From Methyloligellaceae bacterium (lineage in GTDB: Bacteria > Pseudomonadota > Alphaproteobacteria > Rhizobiales > CBDHHC01): a DNA stretch of 64,000 nucleotides. The stretch's first letter is position 1; each line of letters opens with the position of its first letter. The notes beneath the pieces were generated by a model. That model saw only the letters and a list, made by a program, of their open reading frames with translations, had not been told where the DNA came from and made no database searches. Shown here one piece after another: positions 1-9,683 of this stretch. The position numbers and the translations under genes are program-made. The stretch spans positions 8,202-72,201 of the forward strand of contig JBOEGA010000050.1 in the NCBI GenBank assembly GCA_050633205.1, written 5' to 3'.

Positions 1-591
1 ATGACATTAGGACTAACAGATATGGGCCGTGCGTTTGCCGACTTTATGGTGGCCTATCCGGATATTGAAATTGATATGCACCTGAGTGATGAGCCTGTAG
101 ATCTTATTGAGAATGGGTTTGATCTGGGATTCAGGGTCGCCAGCAGGCAGTTTGACAGTCAGTATATCGGGAAAAAGATCTGTCATTTTTCCTATCAGAT
201 ATGTGCATCCCCTGCTTACCTTGAGAAACATAGTTATCTTAAAAGCCCTGCTGACCTCTTGCTGCATAACTGTTTTGTTTACAGCTATTTCAGAGGAGGG
301 AATGTGTGGCCTCTGGAAGACGGGATACAAGTCAAGGGCAACCTCAGAGTGAACAGCACCATTTTTATGATTGATTGTATTCGTCAAGGACTTGGCATCG
401 GTTTTCTGCCAGATTTTGCAGCAAGAACTGCGCTCCGCAAGGGTGACATAGTCGAGATACTGGCCGAACATGAAAAGCCACAGTTAACTTTTTATGCCAT
501 GTACCCGGAACGTCAACATGTTCCACCAAAACTGACGCACTGTATTGAGTTTATGCAGAAATGGTTCAGGGACAGTTTTTCTTATGGGTAG
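1..591 (+). CDS. LysR-family transcriptional regulator, C-terminal substrate-binding part (5' end lies outside the window)
   Basis: ORF is open from the window edge. Sequence is LysR substrate-domain-like (GFDLGFRV, GLGIGFLPDF, FYAMYPERQH). TAG stop at 589-591. Confidence 0.8.
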   Translation: MTLGLTDMGRAFADFMVAYPDIEIDMHLSDEPVDLIENGFDLGFRVASRQFDSQYIGKKICHFSYQICASPAYLEKHSYLKSPADLLLHNCFVYSYFRGGNVWPLEDGIQVKGNLRVNSTIFMIDCIRQGLGIGFLPDFAARTALRKGDIVEILAEHEKPQLTFYAMYPERQHVPPKLTHCIEFMQKWFRDSFSYG

Positions 592-1993
592 GGAGAATGT
601 CTGCTCTTTCTATTTTTCCTGAGTATATCCAAGCGACTACAAAAGGGAGCAGGCTTCCAATCAGTAGGTAGCCGCCAATGTTTGGCAGGCTATTTATTAA
701 GGTAAACTGATCAGGAAAATCAATACTTGCCCGAAACTGTGCTGCAGTTAAAAACAATGAAGGCATCAGCATAAACAGTATCCCGGTAACTGTCATAACC
801 AGATGCAACAATGCAAATTTTGGTGTGTAAGTTTTATTTGTGGAAGGAATGAAAAACGTATAGCAGCCTGCAAAAATCAAGCACATGCATATCATTGATA
901 TACCAGTGTTCAGTGTGTTCATTGCCATGGCAGCATCATTTGGAAATTTTGGAGATGCTGACAGGATATTTATAATAAAGCTAACTTCCAATGCTACGAA
1001 AAAAATTATAAAAACAGCACACCATAATACCGGTATCAATTTTTGTATTTTGCCATATATTATTGCGGGTAGGTAATTTGCCATTAGATACATGGTAACA
1101 ACGATATAGAGCCCAATTACGAAAAAATAAATGCCTTCTACAGTAACGGCCTGAAGCTCCTAGGATGCAAAATCAAAAAATGACAGAAGTACAGGGCCAA
1201 ATAATCTGAGGATCATCCCTCCACCTATCAACACCAGGAAAACCTGATTTAACAGATAATTACCAGCTCCGGATTTAATAGAAGATGAGACAATAAAAAC
1301 GAATACTCCCATAGAGCAAAGAAAAACAAGGGTTGGGTCCATTGTATATGAAATGTATCGCACCAGATCAAAAGTTTTACCTAAATCATCTGAAATTCGG
1401 AATGGCTGGTTACTTTGCAAAACTGAAAAGTGATATGCCATTATTGACAATATACTGATGCACCCAACTATTGAAGCGACTACATACCACCCAACAAAAG
1501 AGTGTCGATTTTCTGTTTTACCGTTTTTTCTGAATACCAGATAGAGGTAATAAACCGAATTTAAAATTATAGAAAGATACAGACAATAGAACACTAAGTA
1601 TGATCTTATTGGGCCTTCCTTGTACAATAAAACCTCTCGAGGAAGAGAGATCGCAACTGTAGGAATAATCATATTAAAGGCATATGTAACAAAACTCAGA
1701 ACAAATAAGACCAATGCTAGCACAGGTACAGGCCACAAGGGCAGAGCGTCTAATTTTAATTCCCTTTGAAAAAGAATATAGCCAAAGCCGCAGAAAAACA
1801 GTGGCATTAAGATATACTGATTTATCATCACATTTGCATGATATCCAGAAATATTCCCCCAAGCTGATGCCAAAATCGTCCACAGTGCAAAAATTGTAAC
1901 GAAGCTGCAAAACACAAAATACCGATTTGCGATCTGGTGAAAAGTACGCGGCAACAGATAAAAATTCCAGAGTCTTGCTTTTCGGAACTTCAT
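566..1993 (-). pseudogene. Second, more degenerate heme-copper-oxidase subunit I-like paralog, split by one in-frame TAG (1160-1162) into a 277-aa ORF (1160-1993) and a 175-aa ORF (566-1093)
   Basis: Both ORFs are in the same frame. The 22 codons between them read ELQAVTVEGIYFFVIGLYIVVT, which is TM-like. The N part matches the N-terminus of the 2021-3487 product (LLPRTFHQIA..HANVMI..MPLFFCGFGYILF against LLPQTSQQLA..HGAIAL..IPFLFAGFGYAFL). The C part matches its C-terminus (IDFPDQFTLINSLPNIGGYLL against ADYPEAFSSFNNLSSIGSYML). No SD precedes the 1093 ATG. Confidence 0.55.
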
Positions 1994-2020
1994 TATTTAT
2001 TTCCTGTGTTTCATTTTCTT

Positions 2021-3487
2021 CTAAAGAGCTCGTGGAGAAAACGGCTGTATTGGAGCGCGGCTGATGTCTCTGACTGGTTTTGCATATTTCCAGACAAAGA
2101 AAAGGAAGACAAAGCTGGCTGCCAGCATGTAGCTTCCTATTGAGGACAGGTTATTGAAGGAGGAAAATGCTTCCGGATAGTCGGCCTGCATACGGACCAT
2201 TCCTACTTTCCCTGCAAGCATTTGGGGGACAAATGTCAGGTAGATGCCTTCAATAAAAATTACGAACTGGGCTATTGCAATGGCCGGAACATACTTCCTC
2301 TCAAAGAGTTTTGGAAAATAGATATACAGGGCTCCGCAGATTACGCACATGGCCTGCGCATAGAAAATCATATGCATAAAAGCTGTGTAGGCATGAGTGC
2401 TTTTTAATGCGATATCTTGCTGCAACATTCCTGCAGAGCGTAATATTATCAGGGAACTATAAGGGATAACCAAAAATGCCAGCGCCCACAACAAAGGGAC
2501 ATAGTCTCGCTTTTTAGCGACCAGAACAGTGGCAATCCAACAGGTGTGAATTACCAAGATTACCAGCGGGATTGCCAGAGATATGTCAACTGGTATGCTT
2601 TCCTCTGTTATGGCAGCAAAAATGAATTTATCCAGCAGTATTGTTTCCAGTAAAATCAGCGCTCCAAGCAAACCAGAGAGAATTTTATTTGCCTGATTGA
2701 ATATAATTTTGCTGTCAGTGGCCATGGAAATTATTTTGCACATTATGCCGAGGTTGCACAAAGTGATGATCAATTTAAATGAGATATGCCCGGTCAAATG
2801 CCCGACCAGCCTAGGGCTATCAAAAGCATTATTCTTTTGCATATCCCACATAACGAAAGTGCTCTCAACAAAGAGCGACAGCATTACGAATATGACATAG
2901 ATCGAGGTAATAAACAGAAACCATACGGGCAGTGAAATATCTGCCTTGCGTTCGCACCTGACCAGACAATGCAGGAAGTTAATCGCTGTCAATAACATGG
3001 ACAAGGCCGCGAGATAGAAAGAAATGTAGCTGAAATACTCAGCCCATCGATAGGTCTTTTTTACTGGTGACGGGCTATATAATTCCCATATCCTGCTATC
3101 GAACATCAAAACTACATATACTGCAATCAGTATGAAAAGCGCCCCTGCCAGACACCAGAATGATATAGCACCCAGGTTTCTATTTGGAAGTTTTTGGAAA
3201 TCAGGTAATTCCGGTAAAAATGCGTAGCCAAAACCTGCGAAGAGAAATGGTATTAAGGCATATATAAGGGCGATAGCCCCGTGGCCCTCGCTTACTATAT
3301 TATAGAGTTCCGCAGATCTGAAAAGTTGGGTTCCTGGAAAATGCAGCTCATACCGAAGCACAATTGCCAGTATTATAGCTATTGCAATTGCTGCTCCGGA
3401 AAGCAAAAAATACTGAACAGCTAACTGCTGGGAAGTCTGAGGCAGAAGCCAACGTTTAAGCGGGGCTTTCTTCAGGTCTGAAATCAT
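2021..3487 (-). CDS. Divergent heme-copper oxidase subunit I (COX1)-like polytopic membrane protein
   Basis: 488 aa. Colinear by eye with canonical COX1 motifs: LYNIVSEGHGAI.., ..GFGYAFLP.., ..ISFW.., ..TAINF.., ..SLPVW.., ..AIP.., ..LLWALAF.., ..DIALKSTHAYTAFMHMIF.., ..ADYPEAF..SSIGSY. Confidence 0.7.
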   Translation of the reverse strand: MISDLKKAPLKRWLLPQTSQQLAVQYFLLSGAAIAIAIILAIVLRYELHFPGTQLFRSAELYNIVSEGHGAIALIYALIPFLFAGFGYAFLPELPDFQKLPNRNLGAISFWCLAGALFILIAVYVVLMFDSRIWELYSPSPVKKTYRWAEYFSYISFYLAALSMLLTAINFLHCLVRCERKADISLPVWFLFITSIYVIFVMLSLFVESTFVMWDMQKNNAFDSPRLVGHLTGHISFKLIITLCNLGIMCKIISMATDSKIIFNQANKILSGLLGALILLETILLDKFIFAAITEESIPVDISLAIPLVILVIHTCWIATVLVAKKRDYVPLLWALAFLVIPYSSLIILRSAGMLQQDIALKSTHAYTAFMHMIFYAQAMCVICGALYIYFPKLFERKYVPAIAIAQFVIFIEGIYLTFVPQMLAGKVGMVRMQADYPEAFSSFNNLSSIGSYMLAASFVFLFFVWKYAKPVRDISRAPIQPFSPRAL

Positions 3488-3544
3488 CGTTTTTTCTTTT
3501 TATTGTGATGCGATATCAAATATCACTGATAATTACAGAAGCAT

Positions 3545-3937
3545 CTAAAGCTCTTTATGAAGCGCGCTCAACCAGGCATTAATGCGTTTTTTATTCTGCC
3601 CAAAGTCTGAGCGTCCGTATTTGCTGCGGGAATATATCGCCAATGTGGACTGATTTGGGTCGGAAAGCTGAATGAACTGGACGGTTATTGTGTCAGGGAA
3701 GCGGAAAAGAGCGGTGCGCTGCACAAGCTCAAACTTCATATTTGCTTCGTCGGCATCTTTCCGGGTAATACGCGGTTGCTTTGAGACAAATTTATCCCAG
3801 AGTTGCTGAAGCTCCGGTGCAGAAACAGGATAGACCGGAGCAGTTCTGTGTGGTTCTGCTTCTTTGCAGAGGCCTTCAGGAGCCACGATATACTGGTTTG
3901 GTGTTTTCTTCAGGCGTAATTTCTCGAAATCAATCAT
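3545..3937 (-). CDS. DUF1499-family protein
   Basis: 130 aa. C-terminal pattern IYSRSKYGRSDFGQNKKRI is typical of DUF1499. Confidence 0.65.
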   Translation of the reverse strand: MIDFEKLRLKKTPNQYIVAPEGLCKEAEPHRTAPVYPVSAPELQQLWDKFVSKQPRITRKDADEANMKFELVQRTALFRFPDTITVQFIQLSDPNQSTLAIYSRSKYGRSDFGQNKKRINAWLSALHKEL

Positions 3938-4011
3938 ATTTATTTTCTTTATTATTGAATTCGTATTCTTGAACTCATGATTACTCTATAGCCAGCCCCC
4001 GGAAACAGGAA

Positions 4012-4206
4012 CTAGTTTTCTTTTTTCTCGTAGACACCAGTCTTTGGATCGGGCTCAAGGTCATCAGCTTCACGGATATGAGGTGATGCAGATTTCTCTA
4101 CATTTTCCTTTGGCTTTTCCGGTAGTTTTTCTTCCGGCTTTGCCAACCATTTATAGGCAGCCCAGCCGCCCATGGCTCCCAGTGCTAAAAGTACAATTGG
4201 ATGCAT
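4012..4206 (-). CDS. Small membrane-anchored protein, translationally coupled to the upstream S49 peptidase gene
   Basis: 64 aa with one N-terminal TM helix and a charged tail. Its ATG (4204-4206) directly abuts the TAA of the upstream gene (4207-4209). Confidence 0.45.
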   Translation of the reverse strand: MHPIVLLALGAMGGWAAYKWLAKPEEKLPEKPKENVEKSASPHIREADDLEPDPKTGVYEKKEN

Positions 4207-5115
4207 TTAAAATCCGTATCTGGACCACATAGCCCTTGTTTCCAGTGCCGAGATTAACTCGTCAGCAAGACCCATACCTGCCAGAGAAGAAAGGTCAAAA
4301 TTTGATCCATCAAGTTTTGAACCGAATTTCATGCGTCCAAACAGGCCTTTACTTTGTGAGATGACTTTCAGTTTTACATGTTCACCAAAGACCTCACGCA
4401 TTTTTGTCCGCAGGTCTGAAATGCCATCGATAAGGCCCATTTCCAATGCCTGAGTACCACTCCAGAACTCACCTGTGTAAACAGTATCATCCGGGGCTTT
4501 TATCTTGTCTCCACGGCGGTCTTTGACCATATTGATAAAGCTTTCATGAACATCAGCCTGAATTTTAAGAAGACGATCGACATCTTCCTGTTTCTGAGGC
4601 TGGAAAGCATCCAGAGACATTTTGTTTCTGCCAGCAGTATAGACACGCCGTTCTATGCCGTATTTTTCAATAAGCTTATCAAAACCGAAGCCTGCTGCAA
4701 TAACGCCAATAGAGCCTATGATTGAACTACGGTCCGCATAAATTTCATCTCCAGCGATAGAGAGCATATATCCGCCTGATGCTGCAACATCCTCACAGAA
4801 GACATAGACCGGAAGCTCTTTCTCTTCGGCCAGTGCCCGAATTCGGGTGTATATCAGGTTCGACTGAACAGGTGAGCCGCCTGGGGAATTGATCTGAATA
4901 GCAACTGCTTTAGCTCCGGATACCGAGAAGGCTTTCTGGATTACTCCGGCAGTTGCACTTAAAGACAGGCCAGGTCTTAAAGGTGAAGATACTCCGATAG
5001 CGCCAGTCAAGCGGATCACTGGAACTATTGGTGTTTTAGTTCCCCATGTCCAGGGTTTTAGAATACCTGGCTTTGGTGTCTTCTTTTTATTTTTTGCTGT
5101 CATTTGTTCGGTCAT
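4207..5115 (-). CDS. S49-family serine peptidase (SppA/SohB-like)
   Basis: 302 aa. Motifs INSPGGSPVQS and ASGGYMLS, with GSIGV downstream. Confidence 0.85.
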   Translation of the reverse strand: MTEQMTAKNKKKTPKPGILKPWTWGTKTPIVPVIRLTGAIGVSSPLRPGLSLSATAGVIQKAFSVSGAKAVAIQINSPGGSPVQSNLIYTRIRALAEEKELPVYVFCEDVAASGGYMLSIAGDEIYADRSSIIGSIGVIAAGFGFDKLIEKYGIERRVYTAGRNKMSLDAFQPQKQEDVDRLLKIQADVHESFINMVKDRRGDKIKAPDDTVYTGEFWSGTQALEMGLIDGISDLRTKMREVFGEHVKLKVISQSKGLFGRMKFGSKLDGSNFDLSSLAGMGLADELISALETRAMWSRYGF

Positions 5116-5124
5116 TTGGCCCTA

Positions 5125-5895
5125 TCAATCAATTAGTGCGGCACCGTCTCTCAATATGGAGGCGGCTTTTGGGGTGAAGGCTCCTGTTTCATCATGCATA
5201 ATCAGGCCCGGCTCAATTTGCAACGGTCCTTTACTTGATTTTATACCCTGTACCAACATTCGGCTGGCAGGCTGCCCTTTTTTTGAATATATTGGGTAGA
5301 TCCTGATATTTCCAACCCGTCTTTCAAAAAATCCAAGTAATTTACCAAGAATTTCCGGAGTGTGGACAATTGTTATTGATCCTTTGGGCCTTGTATGAGT
5401 GATCAGAAAGCGGACCCACCGCTCCAACTCATCAGCATTATGCATATGTGCCTGCGCTTTTACAGGGTCTTTGGGTTTTCTGGAATGGAGCTGGTTATAA
5501 AAAGGGGGATTGGCAAAGGTGTGATCAAAACTGTCAGGGGTAAGGCCCATTGCTTTCCAGCTATTCCCTGAACCGGTCACATTTCCTTCAACTACATTAA
5601 AATTATTTTGATTATTTCTTGAGGCGTTTTCTCTGGCGATGGTTGCCAGTTCAGGCTGAAGCTCAACGCCTGTGATACTCAATTCCCCGATGCGCCCGGC
5701 AAGGCAAAGGCTTACAACACCTGACCCAATTCCAGCTTCAAGAATATTCTGTCCGCTGGCTGCAGGAATTGAAGCTGCCAACAGTACCGAATCAGTCCCT
5801 GCCCTGGGGCCCGTTTTTGCCTGAATTATTGTAATTTTCCCCCCGATAAATGCGTCGCAAGTTGTCTCAATTGCGGGGGAAGAGTTTGTATTCAT
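5125..5895 (-). CDS. SAM-dependent N6-adenine methyltransferase (tRNA m6A37 TrmN6/YfiC-like)
   Basis: 256 aa. SAM motif I is LEAGIGSGVVSL. Catalytic NPPF motif is FANPPFY. Confidence 0.7.
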   Translation of the reverse strand: MNTNSSPAIETTCDAFIGGKITIIQAKTGPRAGTDSVLLAASIPAASGQNILEAGIGSGVVSLCLAGRIGELSITGVELQPELATIARENASRNNQNNFNVVEGNVTGSGNSWKAMGLTPDSFDHTFANPPFYNQLHSRKPKDPVKAQAHMHNADELERWVRFLITHTRPKGSITIVHTPEILGKLLGFFERRVGNIRIYPIYSKKGQPASRMLVQGIKSSKGPLQIEPGLIMHDETGAFTPKAASILRDGAALID

Positions 5896-5935
5896 TATTG
5901 TCTTTCTATAATCCCATAGTTTCTAACGTGCAGGC

Positions 5936-6166
5936 CTATTTGGGAATACCTTCAATATCAGCATCCTTCAGAATTTTGCGCGCGGCGTTAAGATCCCCGG
6001 CTGTCACCATGATTCGCTGGGGTAAAATTCCCAGGGACCCGTCCATAATGCTCATGTGCGTATCCAACAGTACGTACTCAATACCAGAATCTTTTAATAA
6101 TGACTGGATAAAACTGATAGAAACCGGGTTATTTGTGCGAATTAATTCTTCCAAGAGTTGCTCCAA
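5936..6166 (-). CDS. DUF2007 domain protein (putative signal-transducing small protein)
   Basis: 76 aa. The pattern is typical of DUF2007 (..LLKDSGIEYVLLD..MVTAGDLNAARKIL). Confidence 0.55.
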   Translation of the reverse strand: MEQLLEELIRTNNPVSISFIQSLLKDSGIEYVLLDTHMSIMDGSLGILPQRIMVTAGDLNAARKILKDADIEGIPK

Positions 6167-6367
6167 GGTGTTTTTTATGACAATTCTTAAGCTCTGATCA
6201 GGGATATAATGATATAAATCAATCAGTAATTCACCATTCGTCTTTTATAATAGCAGGATGTGCGGCGATCTGGCTTGACGTAATTATATTCAAACGTCGT
6301 ATATTTTGTAACATAGTGATTATAGTGTAGATATCCATCATCTGTAAAAAAATCTGGAGATTAAGAC

Positions 6368-7384
6368 TTGGGCGTTGTTATACCATTAACTGGCACACGG
6401 GATTCAAAAGCTGGTCTGAAACCAATCCTTGAACTCGTTGAAGACGATATGACTCGCGTTAACCGGGTCATACTGGATAAAGCTGAATCCAAAGTGGATA
6501 CAATCCCTGAGCTGGCAAAGCATCTGATTAACTCAGGCGGCAAACGTTTGCGCCCCATGCTTACACTGGCAACGGCAAAAATGTGCTCCTATACCGGTGA
6601 TGGTCATATACAACTGGCTGCCAGTGTTGAATTTATGCACACGGCAACTTTGCTGCACGATGATGTGGTTGATGAAAGTGATCTGAGACGCGGCCGGAAG
6701 ACAGCCCGTATGGTCTGGGGTAATCAGGCCAGTGTTCTTGTTGGTGACTATCTTCTGGGACAGGCTTTCAAAATGATGGTGGGTGTTGGCTCCCTTGGTG
6801 CGCTTGCAGTGCTTTCCAATGCTGCGGCAGTTATCGCGGAAGGTGAAGTCCTTCAGTTGTCAGTTGCCAAAAATACCGAAACAACAGAAGACGATTATCT
6901 GGCTGTTATTGATGCCAAAACTGCTGCCCTGTTCTCTGCTGCATCCGAAGTTGGTGCTATCATTGCGGAACATCCGAAAACAGAGCAGGCTGCACTTCGT
7001 TCATATGGCAAAAATCTTGGACTGGCATTTCAGCTTGTAGATGATGCACTTGATTATGCAGGTGAAGAGGAAAAAACCGGCAAGGAAGTTGGTGATGATT
7101 TCCGTGAAGGCAAAATTACCCTTCCTGTTGTCCTGAGCTATCGCAGAGGAAATGATGAAGAGCGCAAATTCTGGAAACGTACTCTTGAAGAGGGCGATAT
7201 TCAGGATGGAGATCTGGAACATGCCATTTCTCTGATGGAAAAGCATGAGGCGCTTCAAGATACTATTGAGCGAGCTCGTCATTATGGTGCTATTGCCCGT
7301 GATGCACTGGCCATATTCCCGGAAAGTGAAGCCAAATCAGCACTTCTGGACGTTGTTGCTTTTTGCGTAAACAGAACACATTAG
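6368..7384 (+). CDS. ispB: Long-chain trans-polyprenyl diphosphate synthase (IspB-type)
   Basis: 338 aa. First DDxxD region is LLHDDVVDESDLRRGR and the second is QLVDDALDY. The start codon is non-ATG (TTG). Confidence 0.85.
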   Translation: MGVVIPLTGTRDSKAGLKPILELVEDDMTRVNRVILDKAESKVDTIPELAKHLINSGGKRLRPMLTLATAKMCSYTGDGHIQLAASVEFMHTATLLHDDVVDESDLRRGRKTARMVWGNQASVLVGDYLLGQAFKMMVGVGSLGALAVLSNAAAVIAEGEVLQLSVAKNTETTEDDYLAVIDAKTAALFSAASEVGAIIAEHPKTEQAALRSYGKNLGLAFQLVDDALDYAGEEEKTGKEVGDDFREGKITLPVVLSYRRGNDEERKFWKRTLEEGDIQDGDLEHAISLMEKHEALQDTIERARHYGAIARDALAIFPESEAKSALLDVVAFCVNRTH

Positions 7385-7470
7385 ACGTAACTGTATTACG
7401 ATCAGCCACATTTATGACCTAAAACCATGATTTCCCGTTGATCTATACAGATTAACATGGGTGGGATATT

Positions 7471-9111
7471 ATGAATTTTTCTATTATGGATGAATTTAAA
7501 AAGCATGGCACTTTGCTTGGAATGGTTGGTGCTGTGGGTGGCTTCATATCGGACGTTCTGCAACCGCTGGCACCGTTGAGCTATTATGTTTTTATAGTCA
7601 GTGCTGTTGCCAGTATCATTCTGATATTAACATTTGCTGTTCTGAAGTCCCGCCGTCAGAAGCTTTTTCATGCGTTCCTGCTTACAAGCGCATTTGCGGT
7701 GTTTTCCGGAATTTTTGTTGGACTTGGCAGTGAGCAAACCCAGGCCAAGGGCGTTCTGGCTTCCAAGATACCCGCGATTGAACAACTCCAATCGCAACTC
7801 GGCCTTCTTCAGAGAGATATTGCAGAGATCAAGAAAGAGACAAAGAAAACCAACGTTATTGTCTCTAAAATTGAAAAATCGAGCAAAGAAACAGCTCAGG
7901 CAACGAAACAGATCGCCAAATCTCTGGAGGCTATTCAACAGGGTTTTTCCAAATTATCTTCTTCCGGAGGAGTTATTCCGTCACCAACACAACCGGAAGA
8001 GTTTTATCATAATGCCCGTATTCATGAGCAAGGTGGAGATTACCTGAAAGCACGGAAGAGCTATAACAGGCTGTTTTCCTTTAAACTGAAATATCTTGAT
8101 CCTCACCTGCGATATCAGACTTTTCTCAAGGTGCAGGAAGGTCGTGCCGGTGCTCGGGAAATATACAGTGCCCTTTATGAAAGAGATAAACAGCCAGTTG
8201 TAGAATTTGCCAGAATATTGCTGTTTGATGCGCCCCAAAGAACCGTAATGCTTCAGGCTTTCATAAAAGCAAATGAAGAGTTTGCTCCCGCCTATTACGA
8301 ATTAAGCAAGGAGTATTCAGCTGCCCGAAAAGGTGTTCAGACCCTCAATGACAAGCGGGAAGAGTTGAAAGCACTTGAGACATTCACAAAACTGCATGAA
8401 AAAGGTAAATTTATCAAATACTTCATTGATAAAGAACTTGCTGCAAAGTGGATCAGTGATACGAAAACACGTTTAAAAGCCCTTGAAGTGCTTAAGCGCA
8501 CAGCAAGCGCTCCTCCCGTTAAACTGAGCCTTAACCGTCATAATGCCGGATGGAATGCAACTCTATTGATGCAGGAAGATGCTAAAGAGATTTTTTACAG
8601 AGTTGGGAATGAGGGAGACTTTAAAAGCACTGGCCTGACAGAGGTTATCAGCCAGAAGACAGGCTTCCCTGTGCCGAAAATTTACTTTCCACTGGCAGCC
8701 AATACAAAGCCAGGCGTGATACAGGTGAAATATACTGATGCGGGTGGCGAGAGCAGAGGACCGTTTAATCTGGAATTTAATCCAAATGCGGCTCTGTTTA
8801 AATCTCAAAAAGATATTCTGGGGCAAACACGCACCTCATGGGTTTCCTATAGAGATTTTGACGGCAAGCTGCTGGTATATTTCACGCATATGATATCTTA
8901 TCGATGCGCGCTTAAAGAGGTCAGGTACAGTATTGATAATAGTGATTTAGACAAGGTTTTTCCTGTGCCTGAATGTGACCCTAAAAACCCGTACAGCGTT
9001 CCAACTGACAGCAAGATCTATATGGAAGCTCCCAAAGATACAAAGTTCTTTACTGTGCAGGTCACCTATCATGATGGAACCAAGTCTGAGCCTAACAGAT
9101 TTGACCGTTAA
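7471..9111 (+). CDS. Hypothetical membrane-anchored protein with a coiled-coil segment and a large C-terminal domain of unknown family
   Basis: 546-aa ORF. The N-terminus has 2-3 hydrophobic helices, followed by a K/E/Q-rich heptad-like stretch. No motif recognised. Confidence 0.6.
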   Translation: MNFSIMDEFKKHGTLLGMVGAVGGFISDVLQPLAPLSYYVFIVSAVASIILILTFAVLKSRRQKLFHAFLLTSAFAVFSGIFVGLGSEQTQAKGVLASKIPAIEQLQSQLGLLQRDIAEIKKETKKTNVIVSKIEKSSKETAQATKQIAKSLEAIQQGFSKLSSSGGVIPSPTQPEEFYHNARIHEQGGDYLKARKSYNRLFSFKLKYLDPHLRYQTFLKVQEGRAGAREIYSALYERDKQPVVEFARILLFDAPQRTVMLQAFIKANEEFAPAYYELSKEYSAARKGVQTLNDKREELKALETFTKLHEKGKFIKYFIDKELAAKWISDTKTRLKALEVLKRTASAPPVKLSLNRHNAGWNATLLMQEDAKEIFYRVGNEGDFKSTGLTEVISQKTGFPVPKIYFPLAANTKPGVIQVKYTDAGGESRGPFNLEFNPNAALFKSQKDILGQTRTSWVSYRDFDGKLLVYFTHMISYRCALKEVRYSIDNSDLDKVFPVPECDPKNPYSVPTDSKIYMEAPKDTKFFTVQVTYHDGTKSEPNRFDR

Positions 9112-9185
9112 TTGATTTGCGTCAACGACTCTGGCCTGAAAAGTGACCAGGGTCGTTTGCAATATTCATATTAAAGGTCGTCTGA

Positions 9186-9598
9186 TGGTAAAAGTTCTAA
9201 AGCTATTGCTGGTTATTCTGCCCATCTCTACGATTGCATTTACGGCCAGTGCTGAAGATGTGCATCTTGGTCTGACTGAATTTGAGGTTGCATGCCAATC
9301 CTGTCATGGGCTTGATGGGAAGGGAGATGGCGAGCTTGCCCCTCATCTAAAAACTGCGCCTCCAGATCTTACGCAAATATCAAAAGCCAATGGGGGTATC
9401 TTTCCCATTGAAAAAATTGAAAAATTCATTGATGGACGTTCAAGGGTAACAGCTCATGGAAAAGGGGAAATGCCTGTTTGGGGCGACCGCTACCGTATAG
9501 CAGCAGAAGAAGGCGAAGGCTCCCGGGTAATTGATGATCGAGCACGCAAACGCATTAAAGCACTTGTGCAATATCTGGTCTCGATACAGGAACCTTAA
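9186..9598 (+). CDS. Periplasmic class I c-type cytochrome
   Basis: Signal peptide MVKVLKLLLVILPISTIAFTASA. Heme motif CQSCH. Distal Met region GEMPVWG. The start was moved from the ORF-track 9143 to the ATG at 9186. Confidence 0.8.
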
Positions 9599-9642
9599 GC
9601 TATAAGGCCATGAAAGACTGTCGGTTTACGGAGTTCTTTTTA

Positions 9643-9659
9643 ATTAGAATAATTCTAAT
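9643..9659. promoter_or_regulatory. Inverted repeat ATTAGAAT-A-ATTCTAAT, candidate operator
   Basis: Perfect 8+8 bp inverted repeat read directly from the sequence, about 25 bp upstream of the -35 element below. Confidence 0.4.
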
Positions 9660-9683
9660 ATAAAACAATCACTTGCTTTATTG

